In this document: positions 17,992 through 28,992 of the stretch, in pieces
How the letters are laid out: each line of letters opens with the position of its first letter
How positions within the stretch are numbered: position 1 is the stretch's first letter
Origin: Solirubrobacterales bacterium
GTDB lineage: Bacteria; Actinomycetota; Thermoleophilia; Solirubrobacterales; Solirubrobacteraceae
NCBI GenBank assembly: GCA_038207985.1
Contig: JBBQZE010000001.1
Location: 1 to 48,616 of the forward strand
DNA length: 48,616 nucleotides
Direction of reading: 5' to 3'
Made by a program: the position numbers and the translations under genes
Notes under the pieces: generated by a model
The model's input: the letters and a program-made list of their open reading frames with translations, nothing else
Told to the model about the DNA's origin: nothing
Databases searched by the model: none

Positions 17992-19413
17992 ATGTCGACA
18001 TCCGTCCCCGATCCCCCCGCCGCTTCGCTCCCGCTGGCCGACCGCCGGGGTGTCCTCGATCACGCCGCGGGGCTGATCCTGCGCACCTGGGAGGACCTCG
18101 ATCACGCCCGCGCCGGCCAGCCCGCCGTCGAGCAGCGCCACCGCGACCTGCTCTCGCGGCCGCTGCCGTCCGCGCCGTCGGATCCGCGCGCCGCGCTCGA
18201 CGCCGCTGCGGACGTGCTCGACGTCTCGCTCACGCAGGCGCGACCCCGCTTCTTTGCCTATATCGCCTCGTCGGGCCTTGAGATCGGCGTCCTCGCCGAC
18301 GCGCTGATGGCCTCCCACGACGTCAACGCCGCGGTCGCCGCCGGCGGAGCCGACCTGCTCGAGAGCCAGGTGGTGCGCTGGGTCGACGAGTTCGTCGGCT
18401 TCGGCGGCGCGCGCGACGGCGTCATGGCGGCCGGCGGGGCCATCTCGAACCTCACGGCGCTCGCGGCCGCGCGCGAGCGGGCGGCGCCCGGCACGCGGCA
18501 CACCGGAACCGGGGGCCGGCAGCTCGCGGTCTACACCTCCAGTGAGGCCCACTACTCCGTGCAGCGCGCGGCCGAGGTGCTCGGAATCGGCGGGGACAAC
18601 GTGCGCCGCATCCCCGTTGACGGCGAGCGCCGGATGGACGTCGCCGCGTGCGCCGCGCGGATCGACGCCGACGTCGCTGCGGGCGTCGTGCCCGTCGCCG
18701 TGGTGGCCACCGCCGGGACCACGCTTACCGGCGCCGTCGACGACCTCGCCGGCCTGGCCGACGTCTGCGCCGAACGCGCCGTGTGGCTGCACGTCGACGG
18801 CGCCTACGGCCTGCCCGCGGCGGCCACGGCCCTCGCCGCGCACCGCTTCGCGGGCCTGGACCGCGTCGACTCCGCGACGGTGGACGCGCACAAGTGGCTC
18901 TACGTCCCGAAGGCCTGCAGTGTGCTGCTGGTGCGCGATCCGAAGGCGCTGCAGCAGGCCTTCTCCCACGCCGAGAGCTACATGCCCCACGACGACGAGG
19001 AGATCCACCCCGTCGACCGCACGCTGGAGTACTCCCGCCCGCTGCGGGCCTTGAAGCTCTGGTTGGCGTTCACCGTCCACGGCGCCGACGCGATCCGTTC
19101 CGCGATCGAGCGCAACCTCCGTCAGGCCGAGCTGCTGGCCGACCTGCTCGACGCGGACGACGCGTTGGAGCTGCTCACGCGCCCGGGGCTCTCGGCGGTG
19201 TGCTTCCGGGTCCGCCCGCCCGTGGGCGCCGATGCACAGGCTCACAACGCGGCGCTCGTGCATGCGGTGAACCTCGATGGGCGGATCCTGCTGGCCGGCG
19301 CGTTGCTCGACGGCACGCCGTGCCTGCGAGCTTGCATCGTCAATCACCGGACCACCGACGAGGACGTGCGAGCCATCCCCGCGGTGGTCGCGGAGCTTGC
19401 GCGGGCGCTGTAG
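17992..19413 (+). CDS. Group II PLP-dependent decarboxylase (aromatic-L-amino-acid/glutamate decarboxylase family)
   Basis: PRFFAYI, GGAISNLTAL, AHYSVQRAA, ATAGTTLTGAVD, WLHVDGAYG, DAHKWLYVP (PLP Lys) and SRPLRALKLW motifs. Confidence 0.93.
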   Translation: MSTSVPDPPAASLPLADRRGVLDHAAGLILRTWEDLDHARAGQPAVEQRHRDLLSRPLPSAPSDPRAALDAAADVLDVSLTQARPRFFAYIASSGLEIGVLADALMASHDVNAAVAAGGADLLESQVVRWVDEFVGFGGARDGVMAAGGAISNLTALAAARERAAPGTRHTGTGGRQLAVYTSSEAHYSVQRAAEVLGIGGDNVRRIPVDGERRMDVAACAARIDADVAAGVVPVAVVATAGTTLTGAVDDLAGLADVCAERAVWLHVDGAYGLPAAATALAAHRFAGLDRVDSATVDAHKWLYVPKACSVLLVRDPKALQQAFSHAESYMPHDDEEIHPVDRTLEYSRPLRALKLWLAFTVHGADAIRSAIERNLRQAELLADLLDADDALELLTRPGLSAVCFRVRPPVGADAQAHNAALVHAVNLDGRILLAGALLDGTPCLRACIVNHRTTDEDVRAIPAVVAELARAL

Positions 19414-19655
19414 CGGTGGGTGAAGGACCCAGGACAGGTGGTGGTCAGCCCACGTGAGCGCCGCGAACAAGGCATAGGCGGCGTGCGACGCCCAAGGCGG
19501 CTTTGACCCGGCGTGGCTCCGGCGAAGGGTGGGCCACCGGCGCACGCGGGTCTCGAGACAGCTCTGGTCCCCGGCGGTCACTGCACGTCGACGCCTTCGC
19601 TGGGAGGAGCCGCCCTGGCTGAGAACCGGGCCGGGCGGGCGGGCTCCGGCAGCAG

Positions 19656-19727
19656 TGGGCACGGCTGGTTTCGAACCAGCGACCTCTCGCGTGTGAAGCG
19701 AGCGCTCTCCCGCTGAGCTACGCGCCC
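19656..19727 (-). tRNA. tRNA-Val (anticodon CAC); CCA not encoded
   Basis: Minus strand reads GGGCGCGTAGCTCAGCGGGAGAGCGCTCGCTTCACACGCGAGAGGTCGCTGGTTCGAAACCAGCCGTGCCCA, a full cloverleaf with GTTCGAA T-loop. Confidence 0.97.
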
Positions 19728-19778
19728 CAGGGGTGGCGGCAGTGTAGATCGAAGCGCGCGCCGGCTGCGCTGCGGCGC

Positions 19779-20369
19779 CTACGGCGTGGCGCCGTCCTCC
19801 AGCGCCTTGACGCGGTCGCCGAGATCCTTGACCGACTGGGTCAGGGTGGTGACGTTCGTGTTGAGGTCGTCCAGCGTCTGGCGGGCTTGGGTGTCGGTGG
19901 TGGAGGCGGCCGACGGCTTGGCCGCGCCTGCGGCCTTGGCCGCGAGGGTGTCGACTCGCGTGGCGAGGTCCTGCTGGCTCTGGCGCACCGCGGACACCGA
20001 CGCCTTCGTCGCCTGGCCGCTCTTGTCCGACTCGAGCGCGGCGACGCGCGAGCGAAGGCTGCGCACCTGCGAGCTGCTCGTCGATCCTCCGTTGCCGCGG
20101 TCTTGGCGGTCCTGGTGCTCGCGCAGCAGCGCCCAGACCGCGAGCCCGAGCGCGATCGTCGCCACGAGGCCGACGACGACCAGGCCGGTGCGCAACCCGT
20201 CGAGGCGGTCCAGGACGAGCCGGCGCCAGGCCGACTCGTCGTCGAGGACCTGCTCGCGGACGACGCCTCGAGGGTGCACCGGCGCCGGGGCGAGCGGCGC
20301 GAGCGGCTCACCGACCCGCGTCGGCTGCGTGGACGGGTCCTGGGGGTCCTGCGGCGGGGGGACGGACAT
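19779..20369 (-). CDS. Hypothetical single-pass membrane protein with C-terminal coiled coil
   Basis: GGGGAG RBS before ATG 20369 (alternative start 20411); one TM segment (GLVVVGLVATIALGLAVWALL) followed by heptad-like helices. Confidence 0.7.
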   Translation of the reverse strand: MSVPPPQDPQDPSTQPTRVGEPLAPLAPAPVHPRGVVREQVLDDESAWRRLVLDRLDGLRTGLVVVGLVATIALGLAVWALLREHQDRQDRGNGGSTSSSQVRSLRSRVAALESDKSGQATKASVSAVRQSQQDLATRVDTLAAKAAGAAKPSAASTTDTQARQTLDDLNTNVTTLTQSVKDLGDRVKALEDGATP

Positions 20370-20488
20370 GCGCTTCGTCTCCCCGAATCCGGGCGCATTG
20401 AACCTGCTCATCCGTCCATGGGCTCCTCGTCGACGGCACCTCGCCTGCGCGCCGTCCCGCCGCGGCGTCTGCTTCCATGCCGCGTCCC

Positions 20489-21682
20489 ATGTCCCAGGTC
20501 GATCAGCTTCAAGAAGCCGAGCAGGACGTCGCGCAGCGCCAGGAGGCCGAGGTCCGCGCGCAGCGCGAGGCCCGCGACGCCGACCTTCGCACCGCGCCGC
20601 TCGCCCCCACCGCCGCCAAGGCCCACACCGCGGTCGAGGTGCCGCTCGCGCTCGTCCGCACGATGGTCAACATGCGCGCGGGCGCGCTGCCGGACGTGCA
20701 CGAGCTCGCGGTGTCGATCAAGGAGACGGGCCTCCTGCACCCGCCGCTCGTGCGGGCCACGGGCGACGAGGCCAAGCCGTACGAGCTGCTCGCGGGCCGC
20801 CGCCGCTTCGCCGCGATGCAGCTCGTCGACCACGCGGACGGACCGCGCGAGGACTGGCGCTTCACGCTCGTCGAGGACGTCTCGCGCCGGGAGGCGCTGA
20901 CGATGCAGTTCGCGGAGAACTTCCACCAGCGCAAGCCGGAGCCCGTGCAGTTCGCCCGCGCGGCCCGGGCGATCATGGCCGAGGACGACGCCCTGACCGC
21001 CGCGGAGGTCTCGCGCATGGTCGGCGCGCCCGTCGCCTGGACGCGCCAGGCGCTGCGGCTGCTCGACCTCCCGCCGTCGATCGTCGAGCGGGTGGAGCGG
21101 GGCGACCTGTCGTTCACGGTCGCCGAGATCGTCCGCAAGGGGATCGCCCGCGGGGACGTCTCCGAGGAGCAGGCCGCCGGCCTGGTCGAGGAGCACGCGG
21201 AGGGCCGCATCACGGGCGGCTCGCTCAAGCTCGGCGTGGGCTACGTCCCGCCGAAGCCGGCCGACTACGAGGAGCAGTCCCGCAAGCTCGACGAGGCGCG
21301 ATGGGCGAAGGCCGGTGGGCGCGCCGGCGACGACGCCGACCAGCGCGAGTGGGAGGCCGACCGGCGGCCCGAGGGCTCGCGGCGCGACGACGCGCGGCAC
21401 GGCGCGCCGACCGGCGTCGGCGTCGGCTCGCGCACGCGCCGCGGGGCGGCGGCCGCGGAGCCGGAGGACCTCGACGCCTACCTGCTCGGCGTGCTGCTCG
21501 ACCGTGTCGCGACCCCGGAGCGCCGGAGCGCCCTCGGCCTCCACGCGCCGGGTGCCGCGCACGACTACGCGTTCGCGCTCGCGCCCGAGGACCGCCTCGG
21601 CGTCCTGCGCCTCCTCGCGGAGGAGCTCCTCGACGCCGACCCGGCACCGCCGGCGCCGCTCCGCGCGCTCCTCACCGCCTGA
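20489..21682 (+). CDS. ParB/RepB/Spo0J family protein (orphan)
   Basis: ELAVSIKETGLLHPPLVR, YELLAGRRRFAA (GxRRxxA CTPase motif), AENFHQR and HTH AAEVSRMVGAPVAWTRQALRLLDLP; alternative start 20477. Confidence 0.85.
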   Translation: MSQVDQLQEAEQDVAQRQEAEVRAQREARDADLRTAPLAPTAAKAHTAVEVPLALVRTMVNMRAGALPDVHELAVSIKETGLLHPPLVRATGDEAKPYELLAGRRRFAAMQLVDHADGPREDWRFTLVEDVSRREALTMQFAENFHQRKPEPVQFARAARAIMAEDDALTAAEVSRMVGAPVAWTRQALRLLDLPPSIVERVERGDLSFTVAEIVRKGIARGDVSEEQAAGLVEEHAEGRITGGSLKLGVGYVPPKPADYEEQSRKLDEARWAKAGGRAGDDADQREWEADRRPEGSRRDDARHGAPTGVGVGSRTRRGAAAAEPEDLDAYLLGVLLDRVATPERRSALGLHAPGAAHDYAFALAPEDRLGVLRLLAEELLDADPAPPAPLRALLTA

Positions 21683-21703
21683 CGCAGCCGCGCCGCTCCA
21701 CGG

Positions 21704-21756
21704 GCGTTCTGACCCGTGTTGACGTCGCTCCACATGCGTAACACGGGTCAGAACGC
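21704..21756. repeat. Perfect 17-bp inverted repeat (GCGTTCTGACCCGTGTT-N19-AACACGGGTCAGAACGC); terminator or REP-like hairpin
   Basis: Read directly from the sequence, just after the ParB-family stop codon. Confidence 0.75.
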
Positions 21757-21878
21757 TGCCCCGCCCCGCCCAGGGCCGGCGGGCGGGCGTCGGCTCGCGC
21801 GCGCGAGGTTCTAAGCTGAAACCAGTTCACGCGGCCCGAGCGGGTGGCGTGCCCCTCCGACCCAAGGACCTCCTTTCC

Positions 21879-23096
<1,218 letters not shown>

Positions 23097-23098
23097 CC

Positions 23099-25300
<2,202 letters not shown>

Positions 25301-25312
25301 ACGGCCCCGCGG

Positions 25313-25365
25313 CGTCAGTGTCGGGGAGGTCTCATCCGCGAAGGGAGACCGATCCGACACTGACG
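25313..25365. promoter_or_regulatory. Two inverted copies of the TGAGACC-N4-CGACACTG box (25316-25334 minus, 25344-25362 plus); may double as the fadB terminator hairpin
   Basis: CGTCAGTGTCGG..GGTCTC / GAGACC..CCGACACTGACG; the same box recurs at 27803 and 28031. Confidence 0.7.
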
Positions 25366-25395
25366 CAGGCGGCCGGGTCCGGGAGGTTGCCTCCC

Positions 25396-25755
25396 ATGAA
25401 CCCACACCGCATCGCCATCGCCCTCCTTGCCACCGCCTCCCTCGGGATCGGCGCCTGCGGGTCCGGCAACGACAACACCGACCAGCTGCAACAGCGGGCC
25501 AAGGAGGTCCGCAAGGAGGGCGTCGCGATCCAGGAGCAGGGCGCGCAGATCTCCAAGGACGCCAAGGCGGGCAAGGACACCACCAAGGCGCAGCAGGACC
25601 TCGAGAACCGCGCGAACGCCGCCGCGGGCAAGACGAAGGCCATCGCCGACGACGCGATCAACGACGTGAAGAACAAGACGAGCGATGCCGCCACCAAGAA
25701 GGCCATCGAGCAGGTGCAGAGCCAGATCACCGAGGTCCCGCTCCCCACGCCGTAG
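25396..25755 (+). CDS. Small secreted lipoprotein, helical, unknown function (119 aa)
   Basis: Signal peptide MNPHRIAIALLATASLGIGA-C with lipobox-like Cys; K/A/Q-rich amphipathic helices; strong GC3 bias. Confidence 0.8.
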   Translation: MNPHRIAIALLATASLGIGACGSGNDNTDQLQQRAKEVRKEGVAIQEQGAQISKDAKAGKDTTKAQQDLENRANAAAGKTKAIADDAINDVKNKTSDAATKKAIEQVQSQITEVPLPTP

Positions 25756-25789
25756 CCGTGCCGCGCCATCGGCCGGGTAGGTTCGGCCG

Positions 25790-27805
25790 ATGGCGCGCAC
25801 GCTGGGCGAACGTTTCACCCAACGCGACGCCGTCCGCTTCGTCGGGCGCGAGGCCGAGCTGGCCGTGTTCGACGAGCTGCTCGTGGAGGACCCGCCGGCG
25901 AACGTCGTCGTGGTCCACGGCCCCGGCGGGATCGGCAAGAGCGCGCTGCTCCGCGAGGTCGTGCGGCGCGGCACGGAGCGCGGCTTCTCGCCGTGGCTGG
26001 TGGACGGCAGGGAGATCGCCCCCGTGCCCGGGGAGCTCGACACGATCCTGGCCGGCGCGCGGGACGAGGAACGTCCCCTCATCCTCTTCGACACGTACGA
26101 GCGCATGTCCGCGCTCGGCGGCGCCCTGCGCCGCACCATCCTCCCCGCGCTCCCCGCCACCGCCGTCGTCGTCATCGCCGGGCGCGAGGCGCCCGAGCCC
26201 GAGTGGTTCGAGGGGGGCTGGGAGCACTCCGTGCGGACGCTGGCCCTCGCACCGCTCGACCCGGCGGAGGGCGCCGCGCTCGTCACGGGCTACGGCGTCG
26301 ACGGCGACGCTGCGGCGTCGCTCCTGAACTGGGCCGAGGGGTCGCCGCTCGCGCTCACCCTGGCCGCGGCGGTCGTCCGCCACGAGGGGCGGTGGAGCGC
26401 CGCCGACTTCGCGCAGCGGCCGGAGCTCGTCGCGACGCTCGTCCGCCGCCTGGCCCTGACCCAGCTCGAGGGCGACCGCGCCGACGTGACCGCGGTGGCC
26501 GCCATCGCCCGCGTGACGACCGCGACCATGCTGGCCGACGTCCTGGCCGACGACGACCCGAACGAGGCGCAGGCGTGGCTCCGGGCGCAGCCGATCACCG
26601 AGGCCGTGGGCGACGGCGTGGTCATGCACGACCTGGTGCGCAAGGCCGTCCGCTCGCACCTGCGCACGACCCAGCCCGAGCGCGAGCGCGAGCTGCGGCG
26701 CCGCATCGCCGACCACGTCTTCACCCGGGCGGCGGCGGGAGAGCCACGGCTGGTCGTCGACCTGGCCGAGCTCGTCGACAACCCCGCGCTGCGCTGGGGC
26801 TACGGCGCCGAGGGGACCGTCGGCCTGCGGGCCGACGTGCTGCGCCCCGGCGACTTCGAGGACGGCCCGTCGTGGACGCGGCGGCCGGGCCGCGAGGCGT
26901 GGTGGGAGGCGACGCTCCCGCTGTTCACGACATCGGCCGAGCACGTGGTGGCCGTCCGCGACCTCGACGACGCGATCCGCGGGCTGGCGATCTCCTTCAC
27001 CCCCGCCAACGCGTCACCGGCCGCACTCGCCGACCCCTTCGTCGGCGCGTGGATCCGGCACGCCCGCGACCACGCCCCGGACGGCAACGCCTTGATCTGG
27101 CGCGACTCGCTCGACCTCACGGCGTCGGAGACCGGCGATCCCGACTCGCGCGTCCTGGCCATCGCCAACACGGCAGCGATCCTGCGCTCGGGCCTGGTCA
27201 ACCCGCGCTTCCTCTACCTGCCGATCGACCCCGTCAACGAGGGAGCGGTCGCGTTCGCCAAGCACTCCGGGGCCCGCCACGTCCCCGAGCTCGACGTCCG
27301 GATCGGCGACACCCAGCAGGAGTGCCACGTCATCGACCACGGGCCCGACGGGATGCTCGGGGCCCAGCGCGGGATCGTCTACGCCGAGCTCGGGCTCCGG
27401 CGGCCGCGACCCCCGGCCGTGGCGGAGGCCGGAACGCCGCCACCACCACCCGCGGTGTCGGCCGACGACGTGCGCCAAGGGCTCCGCGACCTCGACCGGC
27501 CGTCCGCGCTGGCGACGAGCCCCCTGGCGCGGCTGGTGACCGGGGACGACCCCGCCGCCGCGGTCCGGGCGCTGCTCGTCACCGCCACGGCGGACACGTT
27601 CGGCTCGGGGCCCGAGGAGGCGCTCCTGCGCCAGGTGGTCGACCGCGCCTACGTCAACCATCACACGAGCCACGAGCAGGCCGCCCACGACCTCCACCTC
27701 AGCCGCGCCACCTACTTCCGGCGCCTGCGGCAGTCCACCACCCGCGTGGCGGACTACGTCGTGGCGCTCTCCCGCGCGGGCGCGCGCGCCCCCGCGCCGG
27801 GCTGA
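25790..27805 (+). CDS. STAND-class AAA ATPase with C-terminal HTH (putative transcriptional activator), paralog 1
   Basis: FVGREAEL, Walker A GPGGIGKS, Walker B LILFDTYE, GSPLAL, MHDL and C-terminal SHEQAAHDLHLSRATYFRRLR; TAGGTT 6 nt before the ATG. Confidence 0.85.
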   Translation: MARTLGERFTQRDAVRFVGREAELAVFDELLVEDPPANVVVVHGPGGIGKSALLREVVRRGTERGFSPWLVDGREIAPVPGELDTILAGARDEERPLILFDTYERMSALGGALRRTILPALPATAVVVIAGREAPEPEWFEGGWEHSVRTLALAPLDPAEGAALVTGYGVDGDAAASLLNWAEGSPLALTLAAAVVRHEGRWSAADFAQRPELVATLVRRLALTQLEGDRADVTAVAAIARVTTATMLADVLADDDPNEAQAWLRAQPITEAVGDGVVMHDLVRKAVRSHLRTTQPERERELRRRIADHVFTRAAAGEPRLVVDLAELVDNPALRWGYGAEGTVGLRADVLRPGDFEDGPSWTRRPGREAWWEATLPLFTTSAEHVVAVRDLDDAIRGLAISFTPANASPAALADPFVGAWIRHARDHAPDGNALIWRDSLDLTASETGDPDSRVLAIANTAAILRSGLVNPRFLYLPIDPVNEGAVAFAKHSGARHVPELDVRIGDTQQECHVIDHGPDGMLGAQRGIVYAELGLRRPRPPAVAEAGTPPPPPAVSADDVRQGLRDLDRPSALATSPLARLVTGDDPAAAVRALLVTATADTFGSGPEEALLRQVVDRAYVNHHTSHEQAAHDLHLSRATYFRRLRQSTTRVADYVVALSRAGARAPAPG

Positions 27806-27821
27806 GACCACGTCGACACTG
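27803..27821 (+). promoter_or_regulatory. TGAGACC-acgt-CGACACTG box upstream of the SHOCT gene
   Basis: Overlaps the stop codon of STAND paralog 1; GAGGCT -10-like hexamer at +39. Confidence 0.7.
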
Positions 27822-27853
27822 GCACGGCGCCCGCGGCGCGGGAGGCTTCTCCC

Positions 27854-28033
27854 ATGTCGTGGCCTCCGTCCCGCCCACCCGACCCCTCTGACCCACTCGA
27901 CCGGCTGCAGCAGCTCGCGGTCCTGCGGGACGAGGGCGCGCTCACCCCCGCGGAGTTCGAGGCCCAGAAGGCCCTCGTCCTCGCGCGCCCGTGGCCCGGG
28001 CCGGTCCGGGCTGCAGGGTCCGAACGCACCTGA
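27854..28033 (+). CDS. SHOCT-domain mini-protein (59 aa; absent from the ORF track)
   Basis: Translates to MSWPPSRPPDPSDPLDRLQQLAVLRDEGALTPAEFEAQKALVLARPWPGPVRAAGSERT, which matches the SHOCT pattern L..L..L...G.LT..EF...K..L. Confidence 0.8.
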   Translation: MSWPPSRPPDPSDPLDRLQQLAVLRDEGALTPAEFEAQKALVLARPWPGPVRAAGSERT

Positions 28034-28049
28034 GACCGAGACGACACTG
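28031..28049 (+). promoter_or_regulatory. TGAGACC-gaga-CGACACTG box upstream of the 28114 gene
   Basis: Overlaps the SHOCT stop codon; TACGTT -10 hexamer at +39 (28070-28075). Confidence 0.7.
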
Positions 28050-28113
28050 CGGCCGACGCGGGCCGCCCGTACGTTCGATCCATCAACCAATCGACGCACA
28101 GGAGCGCAGCCAC

Positions 28114-28515
28114 ATGGGAATGTTCAAGGACTTGAAGGGGATGGTCGACGTCGCCCGGAGCGACGAGCTGAAGGACATGCGCCAGATGGCCAAGGCGCAG
28201 CCGCGGACGAGCATGATGGACACGCTGCGCATGGGCAACGCCGCCATGGGCCAGACGCTGCAGGTCAAGGACGCGCTCACCGACGGCGTCCCCGGCACGG
28301 CGACGATCAACTCCGTCGCCGCGACGGGGCAGATGGTCAACCAGACGCCGATCCTGGCCTTCGACCTCACGGTCACGGTCCCGGGCCGGCCCGCCTACCA
28401 GGTGCAGCACACGCAGATGGTCTCCCCGATGGCGATGATGAGCTTCCAGCCCGGGGCCACCCTCCCGGTCCGGGTCGCCGCCGACGACCCGTCCAGCGTC
28501 TTCCTGGGCGTCTGA
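28114..28515 (+). CDS. Hypothetical protein with small beta-rich (DUF3592-like) domain
   Basis: AGGAG RBS; GVPGTATINSV...FDLTVTVPGRPAYQV...PGATLPVRVAADDP. Confidence 0.75.
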   Translation: MGMFKDLKGMVDVARSDELKDMRQMAKAQPRTSMMDTLRMGNAAMGQTLQVKDALTDGVPGTATINSVAATGQMVNQTPILAFDLTVTVPGRPAYQVQHTQMVSPMAMMSFQPGATLPVRVAADDPSSVFLGV

Positions 28516-28943
28516 TGCGGCGCTCCATGTACGCCTGCGGCTTCCTGTTCGCCGCGATCGGCCTCGCGGCCATTGCGTCGGGGGTGGCCGCCGGGGGCGA
28601 CGGGACGGCCGGGATGGTCGTCTTCGGCGTGGGCTTCCTCGCCGGCGCTGCGCTGTTCTTCTGGATCGGGAACTGGCCCGTGAGCCACAACGACGCACTC
28701 CAGGACACCGACCTGAAGCGCCTCGGACGACCGGCCCGGGCCACCGTGCTCGACGTCGAGCCGCCGGCGCTCGGTGCCCCGTCCGCAGGGACGCAGGTCA
28801 CCCTGCGGGTCACCCCGACGAACGAGCGGGCGTTCGTCACCAGCGCGCACCTCGCGTCGCCGCGACCGGCCCCGCGGGTGGGCGACGAGCTCCGCGTCAA
28901 GTTCGATCCGAACAAGCGCAAGCACCTCGTCGTGCTCGGCTGA
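28515..28943 (+). CDS. Two-TM membrane protein with a related DUF3592-like domain
   Basis: TGATG coupling to the previous gene; two TM helices, then GRPARATVLDV...VTLRVTP...VGDELRVKFDP. Confidence 0.75.
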   Translation: MRRSMYACGFLFAAIGLAAIASGVAAGGDGTAGMVVFGVGFLAGAALFFWIGNWPVSHNDALQDTDLKRLGRPARATVLDVEPPALGAPSAGTQVTLRVTPTNERAFVTSAHLASPRPAPRVGDELRVKFDPNKRKHLVVLG

Positions 28944-28992
28944 CGGAGCGGCTGTCTGGCCCGGAACGCGGTGAGGCCATAGGGTCCGCGCG

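Noticed and set aside
19414-19655. Possible small gene in the gap between the decarboxylase and the tRNA (ORF 19513-19716 and fragments)
   Set aside because: Overlaps the tRNA, shows no RBS or recognisable motif, and has weak codon bias.
19656-21756. Integrative element or prophage at tRNA-Val, suggested by the ParB-like gene
   Set aside because: No integrase, relaxase, replication or phage genes; the ParB-like gene lies on the 5' side of the tRNA; no exact att duplication.
25316-28049. CRISPR-like or transposon-end interpretation of the TGAGACC-N4-CGACACTG repeats
   Set aside because: Spacing is irregular, the 4-nt core is variable, and there is no cas gene or transposase. The fixed distance to -10-like hexamers fits operators better.
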